A DNA stretch of 59,000 bases from Octopus bimaculoides (Eukaryota): the NCBI RefSeq assembly GCF_001194135.2, contig NC_068981.1, forward strand, positions 132,671,979-132,730,978, in the 5' to 3' direction. A program made the translations under genes and the position numbers. The first letter of the stretch is position 1. Each line of letters opens with the position of its first letter. Of the stretch, positions 40,602 through 52,904 are shown one piece after another. The notes under the pieces were generated by a model, which did no database searches, had not been told where the DNA came from, and saw only the letters and a list, made by a program, of their open reading frames with translations.

Positions 40602-40984
40602 TTGTTGACACTCCGTCGCTTACGACGTCGAGGGTTCCAGTTGACCCGATGAACTGAACAACCTGCTCGTGAAATTAACATGCAAGTGGCTGAGCACTCC
40701 CCAAACACGTGTACCCTTAACGTAATTCTCGGGGATATTCAACGTAACACAATGTGACAAGGCTGACCCTTTGAATTACAGGTACAACAGAAACAGGAAG
40801 AAAGAGTGAGAGAAAGTTGTGGTGGAAGAGTACAGCAGGGTTTGCCACCATCCCCTGCTGGAGCCTCATGGAGCTTTAGGTGTTTTCGCTCAATAAACAC
40901 TCACAATGCCCGGTCTGGGAATCGAAACCGCGATCCTATGACCGCTAGTCCGCTGCTCTAACCACTGGGCCATTGTGCCTCCAC
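40602..40984 (-). mobile_element. tRNA-derived SINE (OR-like), full length
   Basis: Reverse complement of the family; 11-bp TSD GGTGGCAATTG; inserted into an older SINE fragment. Confidence 0.9.
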
Positions 40985-42335
40985 GGTGGCAATTGAACTC
41001 TGCATATAAAGAGCTGGAAAAAAATGTTAAAAGGCATTTTTTCTGATGTTCTTCTGACTCTGCCATCTCACCGTTTTTCCTCTTCTCTCACAATTACTAT
41101 TTTAATGACATTTCTATGACTATTCTTGAATAGTCTACCTAAATGTCATTTTAACAAGTAAAAACAAGTGAACTCAATATGGAGGGAGAAGGGTTTAAAG
41201 TTTAAAAAAAAAACATACATTTTGTTCTAATGTTACCATATTTGATGGTGTATAATGTGCAGGCAAGACTGTGTGGTAAACAGTTTGCTTTTCAACCACA
41301 TGGTTCTGGGTTCAGTCCCACTGGGTGGCACCTTGAGCAAGTGTCTTATAGCCCTAAGCTGACTAAAGCCTAATGAGTGAGTTTGGTAGACAGAAACTAA
41401 AAGAAACCCTTCTTATATATATATCTACATCTCTATCTGTCTGTCTGCATTTATGTATGTATGCCTTTATGTCAGTGCACACCTTTCAATGCAATGTATA
41501 CCAGAAGGTTTGCAAATCTAATGGAGGCCTCAAAAGATATTTTAAGTTCCACAAAGATCAGAACTTATCTGCAACTCTTGGTGGTCCAAATCAGATATGC
41601 AATCTATGTGGGTGTCTTTTCAAAACAGTCTGGTTTAAAAAAGCCACATCAGATGCCATGATGGTTCCAAGGTGTGGATACAGGAGGTGGTCAAACTTTG
41701 CATAAGGAGTAGACAACCACCACATACATATGTATATGTTTGTGTCTCCTTGTCTTGACATTGCATGGTAGTTGTAAAATGATTGTCACTGTCATACCTT
41801 CATTTCCAATCTTTCATAAAACTGTCTGGCCATGAGGAAATCTTACCTTGGCTGGAGACAGATGAGGGTCGGCATCAAGAAGGACATCTTGCCGTAGAAA
41901 TCTGCCTCAACCAACTCCAACTGGCCTATGTGAGCATCGAAAAGTGGACATTAAGACTATAACAAAAATGATGATCATGATGAATAATGATAATAATGAT
42001 TTCTAACAGAGCACAGAAGTTAATTAGTTCTCAGCTGTCTCTTATTTATCAATCCTAACAATATCCAAATTCAGAATATAAAGGGACATAACTGTATACA
42101 GCTGTGATGCACTCTCTTGTTTTTGCCACAGCATCAGTATTACACTGATAAAGATTATCAAAATAGTAAGGGAGCCTCTAAATGGTTGCTCAATCTGCTA
42201 GTAATAGCAGTGAAATCTCTTCCAAATGACATCATACTAACTTAAGATAGGGAAAAGACATTGAATAATGTAGTTCTAGACAGACTAGCACTAGGCTAAA
42301 GAAAAAAAAGCTGTTTGGACACAACTAGAACATCT

Positions 42336-42571
42336 TTAACTCTTTGACATTTAATCTGGGTATATCCAGCCAAAATAATCTAATAATCCTCCTGTTTTAG
42401 CTTCAGACTGGCCAGAACTGGCCTTTCACACTTGTCTTACAACTTCATTCTGAAAATAAACAATCACATCATTGAAATTTCAAAGCTACAAGGGAATGCA
42501 TAACTAATTCATATCAATGCTAATAAATAAACATCACATTCGACAGAGTAATCTGAATATTAAAGGGTTAA
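42336..42571. mobile_element. piggyBac-type MITE
   Basis: ttaactctttgacatt...gaatattaaagggttaa; same internal sequence as the 33971 copy. Confidence 0.7.
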
Positions 42572-43511
42572 AAAAGTTCACACCGACTTGTCTGAGACCA
42601 TCCCCAGTTCTATGATACAAGCTCCTTAGTCTTTTATTCTTTTTTAAAGGGTTTTTTGGTTGTAGAAATTGACCCCAGGACTTATTCTTTGTATGCCTAC
42701 TACTTATTCTATTGGTTGCTTTTGCTGAACTGCTAAGTTACAGGAATATAAATACACCACCATCGATTGTCAAATGATGATGGGGGGACAAACACAGACA
42801 CAAAAGTACACACACACACACATATATGACAGGCTTCTTTCAGTTTCTGTCTACCAACTCTACTCACAAGGCATTGGTTGGCCCAAGGTAGTAGAAGACA
42901 CTTGCCCAATCTAAATTAAAAGCTTTGGAGGAGGTGTCCATGACTTTCCCAGGAACAGTGGGCAGTGAAAATGGATGAAAAACTTTCTTTTAAAATTCCA
43001 TGTTGATTTTCTATTCCAAACACCAGATTAATAGTAATTTTTAAAATTATTCACTGTTTTCAAAATTAATTGAAACAGAGTAGGTGTTTTTTTTTTGTTT
43101 TTTTTTTGTTTTTTTTTTTGAAATATGGTAAAAGAAGGATTAATCATAGATCTTTTGATCAGGAATGACCTGGGTCTCAACAATGACAGTAATAACACTG
43201 CATAACAAGTTTTTGTATTTTTTATTTCTTTGGTCAGTAAGTGTTATTTCCTATTTGCTTCTATCTGGCAATCACAGGAAATGACTACTATTCCCTTCAT
43301 GTTAACAAAGGGATGTGGGTTTGCGTCCCACGTGGATAGGAAAGCCTTCTTTTTTTCTGTCGAGGGCTTATATGCCCCATGATTCGACTATTTCCCTTAG
43401 TCATTGCATGGTGAATGGTATAAGCTTTAAGCTTATATAAAAATACCATTATTATTATTTACAGGATTGTAAAATACAGCACCATATAATAAAGCCATTT
43501 GCACCGAATGC

Positions 43512-43543
<32 letters not shown>

Positions 43544-43839
43544 GTCTCTTAAAAGATAGAGCTCAAAATCAATGCATTGAAGATACTTTATTGCAGCAAC
43601 AATTATAATAACAGAAACAACCACAATAAGGTTTGGCTTATTGTGGTTGTTTTGTTATTATAATTGTTGNNNNNNNNNNNNNNNNNNNNNNNNNNNNNNN
43701 NNNNNNNNNNNNNNNNNNNNNNNNNNNNNNNNNNNNNNNNNNNNNNNNNNNNNNNNNNNNNNNNNNNNNNNNNNNNNNNNNNNNNNNNNNNNNNNNNNNN
43801 NNNNNNNNNNNNNNNNNNNNNNNNNNNNNNNNNNNNNNN

Positions 43840-43875
<36 letters not shown>

Positions 43876-44206
43876 TTATTATAACCTCAGGCCAACCAAA
43901 ACCTTGTGAGTGGATTTCGTACTCGGAAACTGAAAGATGACTGTCGTATATATGTGTATATTTGTGTATGTGTGTGCGTGTCTTGTGTTTGTACCCCCAC
44001 CATTGCTTGACAACTGATGTTGCTGTGTTTACATTCCTGTAACCTAGCGGTTTGGTAAAATACACTGACAGAATGAGTACTAGGCTTACAAAGAATAAAT
44101 CCTGTAGTTGATTTCTTCGACCAACAGCGGTGCTCCAGCATGGCCGCAGTCACATGACTGAAACAAGTAAAGCAATAAAAATCTGTGCCATTTTAATCCT
44201 GAGCAA

Positions 44207-44209
<3 letters not shown>

Positions 44210-44245
<36 letters not shown>

Positions 44246-44905
44246 GAGTGAGAGAGCAGTGCTTGCCATCCAAGTGAAATGAGTAAAATATATGAAGCCC
44301 ATTATACCCATCATGACTACCCGTCTGATAAGGGTACACCAGGCACATGCATCACAACCATATGTGCATGACGTGGTGATCTCATATCAAGATAAACAGC
44401 ACATGACCTTGCAGGTGGGGCCCAGTTAGAATTTTCTTCAGGTCGAGTAACCCAAAGTTCCTGAATAAGGGTTACTCTTTTACTCTTTAACTTGTTTCAG
44501 TCATCTGACTGCGGCCATGCTGGAGCACCGCCTTTAAAACGATTACGAGCTTGCCAGGATACGAACCTGGAATCTTCTGATCTATAGTCAGACGCGTTAT
44601 CCATTTTTTAAGGATGTTGAATGAAACACTCATGTTTCCCAAGGTGAATTATCCAAACCCCAAAGAATTCCTCTCAACACATGGCTATGATGCTCTCCCA
44701 CTACTCCTGCTCATGATCAAAGATGCACATATCATCAGCCACTAAGGAACATGTTTGAGGTCAAACAACTTACAAGCAAATCTGTGGTATTGGGCAGAAT
44801 ATTTGCTGTAGCCCATCTTTTATACCAAGACAAAATCAATGTACATGATAACACTTCCAGTCAGTTAATATGAGAGCCACTGTCTGGTACTGCATCAGAA
44901 CATTT
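44210..44905 (-). mobile_element. Non-LTR element 3' region with (TAA)n tail, copy 1 (interrupted)
   Basis: Begins at an (ATT)n tract; collinear with the 45460-46075 copy; an R4/Dong-like assignment rests only on the tail type. Confidence 0.6.
44546..44605 (-). pseudogene. 5'-truncated tRNA-Arg(ACG)-derived pseudogene
   Basis: Minus strand AATGGATAACGCGTCTGACTATAGATCAGAAGATTCCAGGTTCGTATCCTGGCAAGCTCG matches the D-arm to 3' end of metazoan tRNA-Arg(ACG); anticodon ACG decayed to ATA; no 5' acceptor strand. Confidence 0.82.
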
Positions 44906-45155
44906 ATCATTATTATTGTTATTGTTAAGGCTGCGAGCTGGCAGAATCATTAGCATGCCAGGCGAAATGCTTAGCGATATTTCGTCTGCCCCTACATTCT
45001 AAGTTCAAATTCTGCCGAGGTTGACTTTACCTTTCATCCTTTCAGGGTCGATAAGTTAAGTACTAAGTGCATAATGGGGTCAATCTAATTGACTGGACCT
45101 CTCCCCCAAAATTTCAGGCCTGTGCCTAGAGTAGAAAAGATTATCATTATTGTTA

Positions 45156-45201
<46 letters not shown>

Positions 45202-45257
45202 CATTATTATTATTATTATTATTTGTTTGTTTGTTTTCTTTTTTCTTTTCTTTCTAG

Positions 45258-45435
45258 GTCCATATATGTTTTCCAATTTTCTATCTTTGCATTTTGATAT
45301 TTCTTACTGTGATGTCTTTGACTTCAAACCCACGGGAATGTTTCGTGGGTATCATTGTTGTCTGTACTGGAATTCCTATATATTGTTTTGGCGTGATGTG
45401 GAAACGAAAACCAAAAGTAATCAGAAATGCTTTGA
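45258..45435 (+). CDS. SLC7A8-like: SLC7/LAT transporter coding exon
   Basis: ttctag|GTC CAT ... TTG A|gtaagt; 178 nt; VHICFPIFYLCILIFLTVMSLTSNPRECFVGIIVVCTGIPIYCFGVMWKRKPKVIRNAL (last TM helices, TGIP and WxxKP motifs). Confidence 0.95.
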
Positions 45436-45459
45436 GTAAGTATGCTGTATCTGATAACT

Positions 45460-45463
45460 GAGC

Positions 45464-45506
<43 letters not shown>

Positions 45507-46075
45507 CATTATTACTGAGTGACAGAGCAATACATGCCATCAAAGTGACACTGGGGTAAAATATACGAAGCCCAGTCTACTCATCATGACTACCTGTCTG
45601 ATAAGGGTATACCAGGCACATGCATCACAATCATGTGTGTGACATAGTGATCTCATATCAAGATAAACAGTACATGATCTTGCAGATGGGGCCCAGTTAG
45701 AATTTTCTTCAGGTCGAGCAGCCCATCCTGCTCAAAAGGTTCCTGAATAAGGGTTGTTTAAAGATGTTGAATGAAGCACTCATATTTCCAAAGGTGAATT
45801 ATCCAAACCCCAAAGAATTCCTCTTAACACATGGCTATGATGCTCCCCCACTACTCCTGCTTGTGATCAGAGATGCACGTATCATTGGCCACCAAGGGAC
45901 ATGCTCAACTGACTAAGGTCAAACAACTAACCAGCAAATCTGTGGTATTGAGCAGAATACTTGCTGTGGCCCATCTTTTATACCAAGACAAAACAACGTA
46001 CATGATAACACTTCCAATCAGTTAAGATGAGAAGCCATGAAAGACACTGCCTGGTACTGCATGCATCAGGGCATT
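45460..46075 (-). mobile_element. Non-LTR element 3' region with (TAA)n tail, copy 2
   Basis: Diverged direct repeat of 44210-44905 without the insertion. Confidence 0.6.
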
Positions 46076-46470
46076 TACTCTCTTTTACTTGTTTCAGTCA
46101 TTTGACTGTAGCCATGCTAGAGCACCGCCTTTAGTTGAGCAAATCGACCCCAGGACTTATTCTTTGTAAGCCTAGTACTTATTCTATCGGTCTCTTTTTG
46201 CCGAACCATTAAGTTACGGGGACGTTAACACACCAGCATCGGTTGTCAAGCGATGTTGGTGGGGACAAACACAGACACACAAACACACACATATATAAAT
46301 ACATATACATATATACGATGGGCTTCTTTCAGTTTCCGTCTACCAAATCCACTCACAAGGCTTTGGTCGGCCCGAGGCTATAGTAGAAGACACTTGCCCA
46401 AGGTGCCATGCAGTGGGACTGAACCCGGAACCATGTGGTTGGTAAGCAAGCTACTTACCACACAGCCACT
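46068..46470 (-). mobile_element. tRNA-derived SINE (same OK-like family), full length, minus strand
   Basis: Reverse complement of the 16469 family from head (agagtggctgtgtggtaagt) to tail. Confidence 0.88.
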
Positions 46471-46482
46471 CTATTATTATTA

Positions 46483-46517
<35 letters not shown>

Positions 46518-46877
46518 TCATATATGCACGACAGATTAGACTGTTGGAAAAAAAGCAAACTCCCTAACATTGGGCTACAACAAGTAACTTTAAATGCCAA
46601 GAACCTTCCTAAGTATTCTAGGTGTCCCTAATAATGCTGTTTTCTGGAGCTGCACTAAACCTAAGTTTTATGCCAATTTCAGTGTCACTATCATACAAAC
46701 AGTGTCATTTATTTCCAATATTGTGAGAACATGTCAAGCCATGGGTGAAATATACCCATACTTGAAAACAAGGAAGGACATCCAGGCATAGAAAATTTGC
46801 CTCAATAGACTATGTTAGCATGGAAAAGTATATGTTAACATGATGATGATATATGTATAATGCATGAGTGAGTGAGT

Positions 46878-46933
<56 letters not shown>

Positions 46934-47039
46934 AAATTGAACTGAGTGTAAATTCATGTGAATCTTCTGATCAAGATTCGTAATTCTTGTTACATTTCGT
47001 ATTTTAGTATAGTTTTCGTATATGTTTGTTATATATATT

Positions 47040-47221
47040 ACTGTATTTTAACGTGTATAGAGAACCCTTCTTTGTCAAAAATTAAGTTAAAAAACATGGG
47101 AGTTTCTTATACACGGATAGTATTATAATCCCTTACAAAACTTCTTTTTTCCAAATTATAAGCTCCCAGAATTAGAGGGTTCCTTATACACGAGGACTCC
47201 TTATACACGTTAAAATACGGT
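47040..47221. mobile_element. Tc1/pogo-type MITE
   Basis: TIRs tactgtattttaacgtgtata / tatacacgttaaaatacggta; subterminal cttatacacg repeats. Confidence 0.7.
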
Positions 47222-48174
47222 ATATTATATATTAATGCTTGATTTTATGTCAAGTTATAATGAAAATAATTTTATATTAAACTGAAGGATTACTCAATGT
47301 TTTTTTTTTTGACTTCGAAGTTTCAACTTGCTAAGCCTTCATCAACTATAATACATATATAACTTCCAATGAGATAAGTCGTTCTCTTAGTCCATTGCCA
47401 AACATTTATCAGTATTGCTAAATCAGGTAGGGGTTATTCCCCTTGTTTATGGAGCTCGCACACGAACTTCTGTACCACTTGTCACTTCAAGACGTACCTT
47501 CCCAAACCGAGATAAATTTGCCTTCAGAGTGTTTAATTTCGCCAGGGGCTAAATTTGCTGGTTATGGATTTATAAATATTTTCCTTTTCAATTATATTTT
47601 TTTAGAAAATCTGAAGTTGAGGAAAAAATTTAAATAGGCCTATTCTTTTGTGAAAACATTTTTCTTTCTCGGAGATGTTTAATTCAGAAAACTGTTTGTT
47701 TCTGATTTTTCACATCAGCATTAGTTCATAAATTAGTGAACTAACATTGTTATGTGCTGTTTTGTTGTTATTTGAATTTAATATATTAATGTTTAAAATC
47801 AATATTATAAATACCCTCTTGGTTGTTTTATTATGGTCGAAGTGTTAAATTGAATTACTAAACAAAGCTGAAGTGGGTAAATTTATTCTAAAGAAAATAT
47901 TGCCCAGTGAGTAAATGAAATGAAAAAGGTTAGGAACCCATTGTTTAAGGTACACCACTAGTAATGATAATCATTCATTCCAGGTGGATGTTAGCATGCA
48001 GGGCGAAATGCTTAGTGGTATTTCGTCTTTCTTTACATTCTGGGTTCAAAATTCCACCAAAGTCGATTTTGCTTTCATCCTTCTGGGGTCGATAAATTAA
48101 GTACCAGCTGTGTACTGGAGTCAATCTAATCGACTGGCCCCCTCCCCCAAAATTTCGGTCCTTGTGCCTAGAGT

Positions 48175-48541
48175 TTTGGGTTTTTGTTGGCACTCCATCG
48201 CTTACGACGTCGAGGGCTCCTGTTGATCCGATCAACGGAACAGCCTGCTCATGAAATTAACGTGCAAGTGGCTGAGCACTCCACAGACATGTGTACCCTT
48301 AATGTAGTTCTTGGGGATATTCAGCGTGACACAGTGTGACAAGGCTGACCCTTTGAATTACAGGCACAACAGAAACAGGAAGTAAGAGTGAGAGATAGTT
48401 GTGGTGAAAGAGTACAGCAGGGTTCGCCACCATCCCCTGCCGGATCCTCAATAAACACTCACAACGCCCGGTCTGGGAATCGAAACCGCGATCCTACAAC
48501 CACGAGTCCGCTGCCTTAACCACTGGGCCATTGTGCCTCCA
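48175..48541 (-). mobile_element. tRNA-derived SINE (OR-like) nested in a Meta-domain-like SINE
   Basis: 13-bp TSD TTGTGCCTAGAGT at 48162-48174 and 48542-48554. Confidence 0.9.
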
Positions 48542-48839
48542 TTGTGCCTAGAGTAGGAAAGGATAATCATTCATTCTATTATAGGCACAAGGCCTGAAAT
48601 TTTGAGGGTTTGGACTTATCAATTACACCAACCCCAGTCCTCAACTGCTACTTGTTTTATTAACCCTCAAAAGGATGAAAGGCAAAATCAATCTCAGTTG
48701 AATTCAAACTCAGAATGTAAAGACTGAAGAAATACTGCTAAGCATTTTGTCCAGCATGCTAATGGTTCTGACAGTTTGCTACCTTATGAATAATAATGAG
48801 ACTGTGGATATCTTCTCTTCAGTTTTTGGTGCCTATCCT

Positions 48840-49200
48840 CACCTATGGTCATGGATGTTGGTTAAAGTCAGACAGAGTATGATTGCAAATACAACTGCCA
48901 AAATGAGGTTTCTCCACTGGATCTCTGGAGTAACGTTACTCAACAGGGTACATAGCTCAAAGGTCAAGCTGTTTTTCCAGATTGAATAGCTATTTGTCTG
49001 TGTTGAGAGTTCACAGCTCCAGTACTATAGACATGTGGTTAGAATTTGCAGGAAAGATCAGTTCTTGAAGCCAAGCCAGCTGGCAGGAGACCTAGGGGTT
49101 GATAGTTGTATAATATACAAGATGGTTGTATAATATCCATAGTCTCGCTTGGTCACACTTAAGAATTCTGCCAGAAAGTCTAATAACTGATTCTGATAGG
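48840..49200 (+). mobile_element. Old RTE-like LINE fragment
   Basis: KMRFLHWISGVTLLNRV resembles the RTE MRMLRWxxGVTxxDRI motif; followed by wYrHVvR-like remnants. Confidence 0.5.
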
Positions 49201-49857
49201 ACCCTATGGAGTGAGTAGAGAAGATCTATGGATGGATTTAATGGTCTGCTTTATAGGAAGAGACATTGGCTATGACCTTTACAGATCCTTTGGGTCAGAT
49301 TGATAATATGGCTGGCAAAGTTTTATTCTAAGCAAGTTGTGATGACAAAAAGATTTTAAATATGCTAAGGTGCAAGGTTGAGTGGCTAGAGCATTGGGCT
49401 CATAATCATGAGGTAGTGAGTTTGATACCCTAACCAGGCTATGTGTTGTGTTCTTGAGCAAGACACTTTATTTCACTTTGCTCCAGTCCACTCATCTGAA
49501 GAAATGAGTTGCAACGTCACTGGTGCCAAACTGTATTGGTCTTTGTTTTTCCTTTGGATAACATCGATTACATGGAGAAGGGAGGCTAATATGCATGGGT
49601 GACTGCTGGTCTTCTATTAACAACTTTGCCTGGACTTGTGCCTCAGAGGGGAACTTTCTAGATGCAATCCCATGGACATTCATGACCGAAGGGTTCTTTA
49701 CATTGAAGTTTGAAAATCTGTACCTTAATTTTGAAACTAACAATTTGTTGTTAGACAAGGCATACATATTGCAACATCTAATTCACTTCTTATAGATATA
49801 TCTGATATCTTGCTTGTTTATGAAATTATAATTGTTTCATTTTCTGTCTATTTGCAG

Positions 49858-49922
49858 GTAAGATTACAATATTAATACAGAAGTGTACATTGGCTATGCC
49901 ACAACAAGACCATTTTGAATAA
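49858..49922 (+). CDS. SLC7A8-like: SLC7/LAT transporter terminal coding exon
   Basis: tttgcag|GT AAG ATT ACA ... GAA TAA; phase-1 junction gives S-KITILIQKCTLAMPQQDHFE*, with the family TxLxQK tail motif. Confidence 0.88.
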
Positions 49923-50044
49923 ACAGACATTCTTCCATAGGAAAGATGAATCTCACCATGTAAATTCTAAGCAATTTGTGCTTTTTTGACAGAAGAAATT
50001 TTGAAAAGAAAAAAAAAAAACAGTAAACAAAAACATGTATTAAG

Positions 50045-50050
50045 AATAAA
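50045..50050 (+). terminator. Candidate polyadenylation signal of the SLC7 gene
   Basis: AATAAA 123 nt after the stop; a second AATAAA overlaps the stop (49918-49923). Confidence 0.35.
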
Positions 50051-50582
50051 CTAAAGACAATAACAGATTGAGTTTGTTGTCGGGTTCAAGATCCAGATAT
50101 TTTGAGACATGCTACTGTTTGTTGCCTTATATTTACTGAAGTCTTGAGTGAGGAACCCCAAGAGTATGGTACTGTCAGGGAAAAGAGTATTGCTAGTTAA
50201 TTGTTGCAGTTGTCAACTGCACTTATTAACCATTTGGAGCAAGGAAATGGAGAAAGAGAAAATGAAAAAGCAGGTAGCTTTTCAAAGAAGTAAAATAGGA
50301 GAAATGCATAGACTAAGTTAAAAATCTAAACAGTTTATACTGAATATAGAATGTCTAAGAGCAAAACAACTGCAGAAAGATATTTCTTATGTGTGTGTAT
50401 GTGTATATGTGTGTATATACATGTATGAGTTAGTGTGTCTACATATATATTATTATATATATGTGTGTGAGGGTGCATGCATATGAATGTATAAATATAA
50501 ATATATATATATATGTATGTGTAGATATATATAAATATATAAGAATATATATAGATATATATATTTGTATAGATAGATATAT

Positions 50583-50646
<64 letters not shown>

Positions 50647-52742
50647 CTGTGTAAATGTGTGTGTATGGAGATATATATATGTAGATATTATGTGTATGTG
50701 TATTTATGAATGTGTCTATATACACATGCACACTTACACACACACAATAACGCACAAATATTTTTTTCTATTTTTATGTATTACGGCCATACTTTTTTTC
50801 TTAAAACCCAGTTGTCATCCTGGCTTTTCTTTTCTTTTACTATATTAAATTTGTGTTAATGATTTTCTGTGTTTATTTTCTTCTAAGAAGTTACTTTTCC
50901 AATCACATGTGTCTAGGTTCAGTCCCATTACGTTGTGCTCTGAGCACATGACTTCTATTGTAATCTTGGGTCAACCAAAGCCCTGTAATAGATTTGGTAG
51001 ACAAAATCTGAAATAAGCCTATGATGATGATCATCATCATCATCATCGTTTAACGTCCGCTTTCCATGCTGGCATGGCTCGTGTGGTTTGACATAGAGCT
51101 GGCTATCAGGGAGCTGTCTGGACTCCAACTGTCTGTTGTGGTATGGTAATGATGTATGTATGTATGTATGAATGAATGAATGAATCAATCAATCAATGAA
51201 TGAGATTAGCGATGCTTTGATGATGGCACTCTAGTGCCTCTGATAATTCTGTGCAGAACCCATTTGGTATGGAACGTTTTGACACGAGGAAATTTTGTTT
51301 TCATTCTATATAACTGGGTTTTACTAATTAGGCTTGGATCATTGCAGAAACTACAATGAAAAAGAAAAAAGTAAATAAAAGAAAGAGAGACCTATAACTG
51401 TTAAATGAATAAGTAAATACAGCTTTGTTTTTTATAGGTCAATATAAGGAATCTTTTCTTTAACAATAATCCTTTCTACTATAGGCACAATGCCTGAAAT
51501 TTGGGGGAGAAGGCAGTCGATTACATCGACCCTAGTACACATCTGATATTTAATTTGTCGACCTCGGCGGAATTTGAACTCAGAACGTAGACACGACCGA
51601 AATACGGCTAAGCATTTCGCCCAGAGTGCTAACGATTCTGCCAGCTTGCCGCCTTTATTTCTTTAATAATAATAATCTTTCGAAATGTAGAACCCGTTAT
51701 CTGAAGGGAGATAACTCTAAGGTATAACTTTACTTTCCTTTCCAATACATTTTAATATCGCTGTCTACCTGCCTTTCTGTATCTCCGTATGTATTTGCTT
51801 CAATCAGTGTGTTATACAGTACATTAATGGTATTATATACAGCAGCCCAAGTTTTATGACTAGATGAAAATTTGCTGCGTATATAATAAATAAAACTTAT
51901 TTTTCTTGTCGACATTCATCAGCCTGCAAAATGACAGCAAAGGTTGCCAGTTACTAGAATTCATAGCATCACGGCAGTTATTTTCAAGAATTCACAAGGA
52001 AAATACGTAGGTATGTGAGAAAAATGACAACTCAGGTGAAATGGAGCTGCTTAAATTTTAGAAAAGATTTTCTTCCAGGTGTCCTCGTGCAGATAAATTT
52101 CTTCTATTCTACTATAAAATACCGCGGTCAATGAGCTAGTACCATTGCATCTGACAGGAAATTTTTTGCGTGAAAACAAAAATCCGATGAGTGCGCATTA
52201 CATGTCTGTACTCTATGGCGTAATAGCCGGGAACTGATGCGGCCAATCGGTGCGACATTTTCAAAGCATACGCAAAACGAGTGGTGTTCTGCCACCCAAA
52301 GTATTTTTCCTATGCGGCATTAGTTTTGACGGGAAAAAATAAAACTTTTTGAACGCACCTCGTATATTGATTTGTTTGCCAACAATTATTATAGTCAAAG
52401 AAACTAGCTCTTCGTAGATTTGAACCAGTCATGTGCAACCTGTGACTTGTGGAAATTTCTCAATGACACGCCGAAAGAAAAATTACCTCGAAGGTTTAGT
52501 TATGCTGTTTGTCTGACAAAGAGCCGTATCGTATACGGTCCGTTCCCCAGAAAACGTTACCCATGCCTGTTAAAGACATTGTCTACTTGGTACAGGATTG
52601 ACAGTTCAAGGGACTTAACTTTGTTCATTGAACACCTGAGTTATCGACACTCTCACACTATATCATATCACGAATTCTCAAAATTTAGAGGCAGACATTG
52701 TTGCGTTTTCTATTTTAATTTTTTTTTTTTTTTTTGATAACC

Positions 52743-52845
52743 CGATGAAGAAGAGGAAAAAGACAAATTTAATTTACGATGAAGAAGAGAAAAAAGACAA
52801 ATTTAATTTACGATGAAGAAGAGAAAAAAGACAAGTTCAATTTAC
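52743..52845. repeat. 34-bp tandem repeat, ~3 copies
   Basis: cgatgaagaagagaaaaaagacaaatttaattta starts at 52743, 52777 and 52811. Confidence 0.9.
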
Positions 52846-52904
52846 TTCAAACGTAGTAAAGTTTCATCCATCCACGAAACTTGTGACACTTCAAAAATTC
52901 CGTT

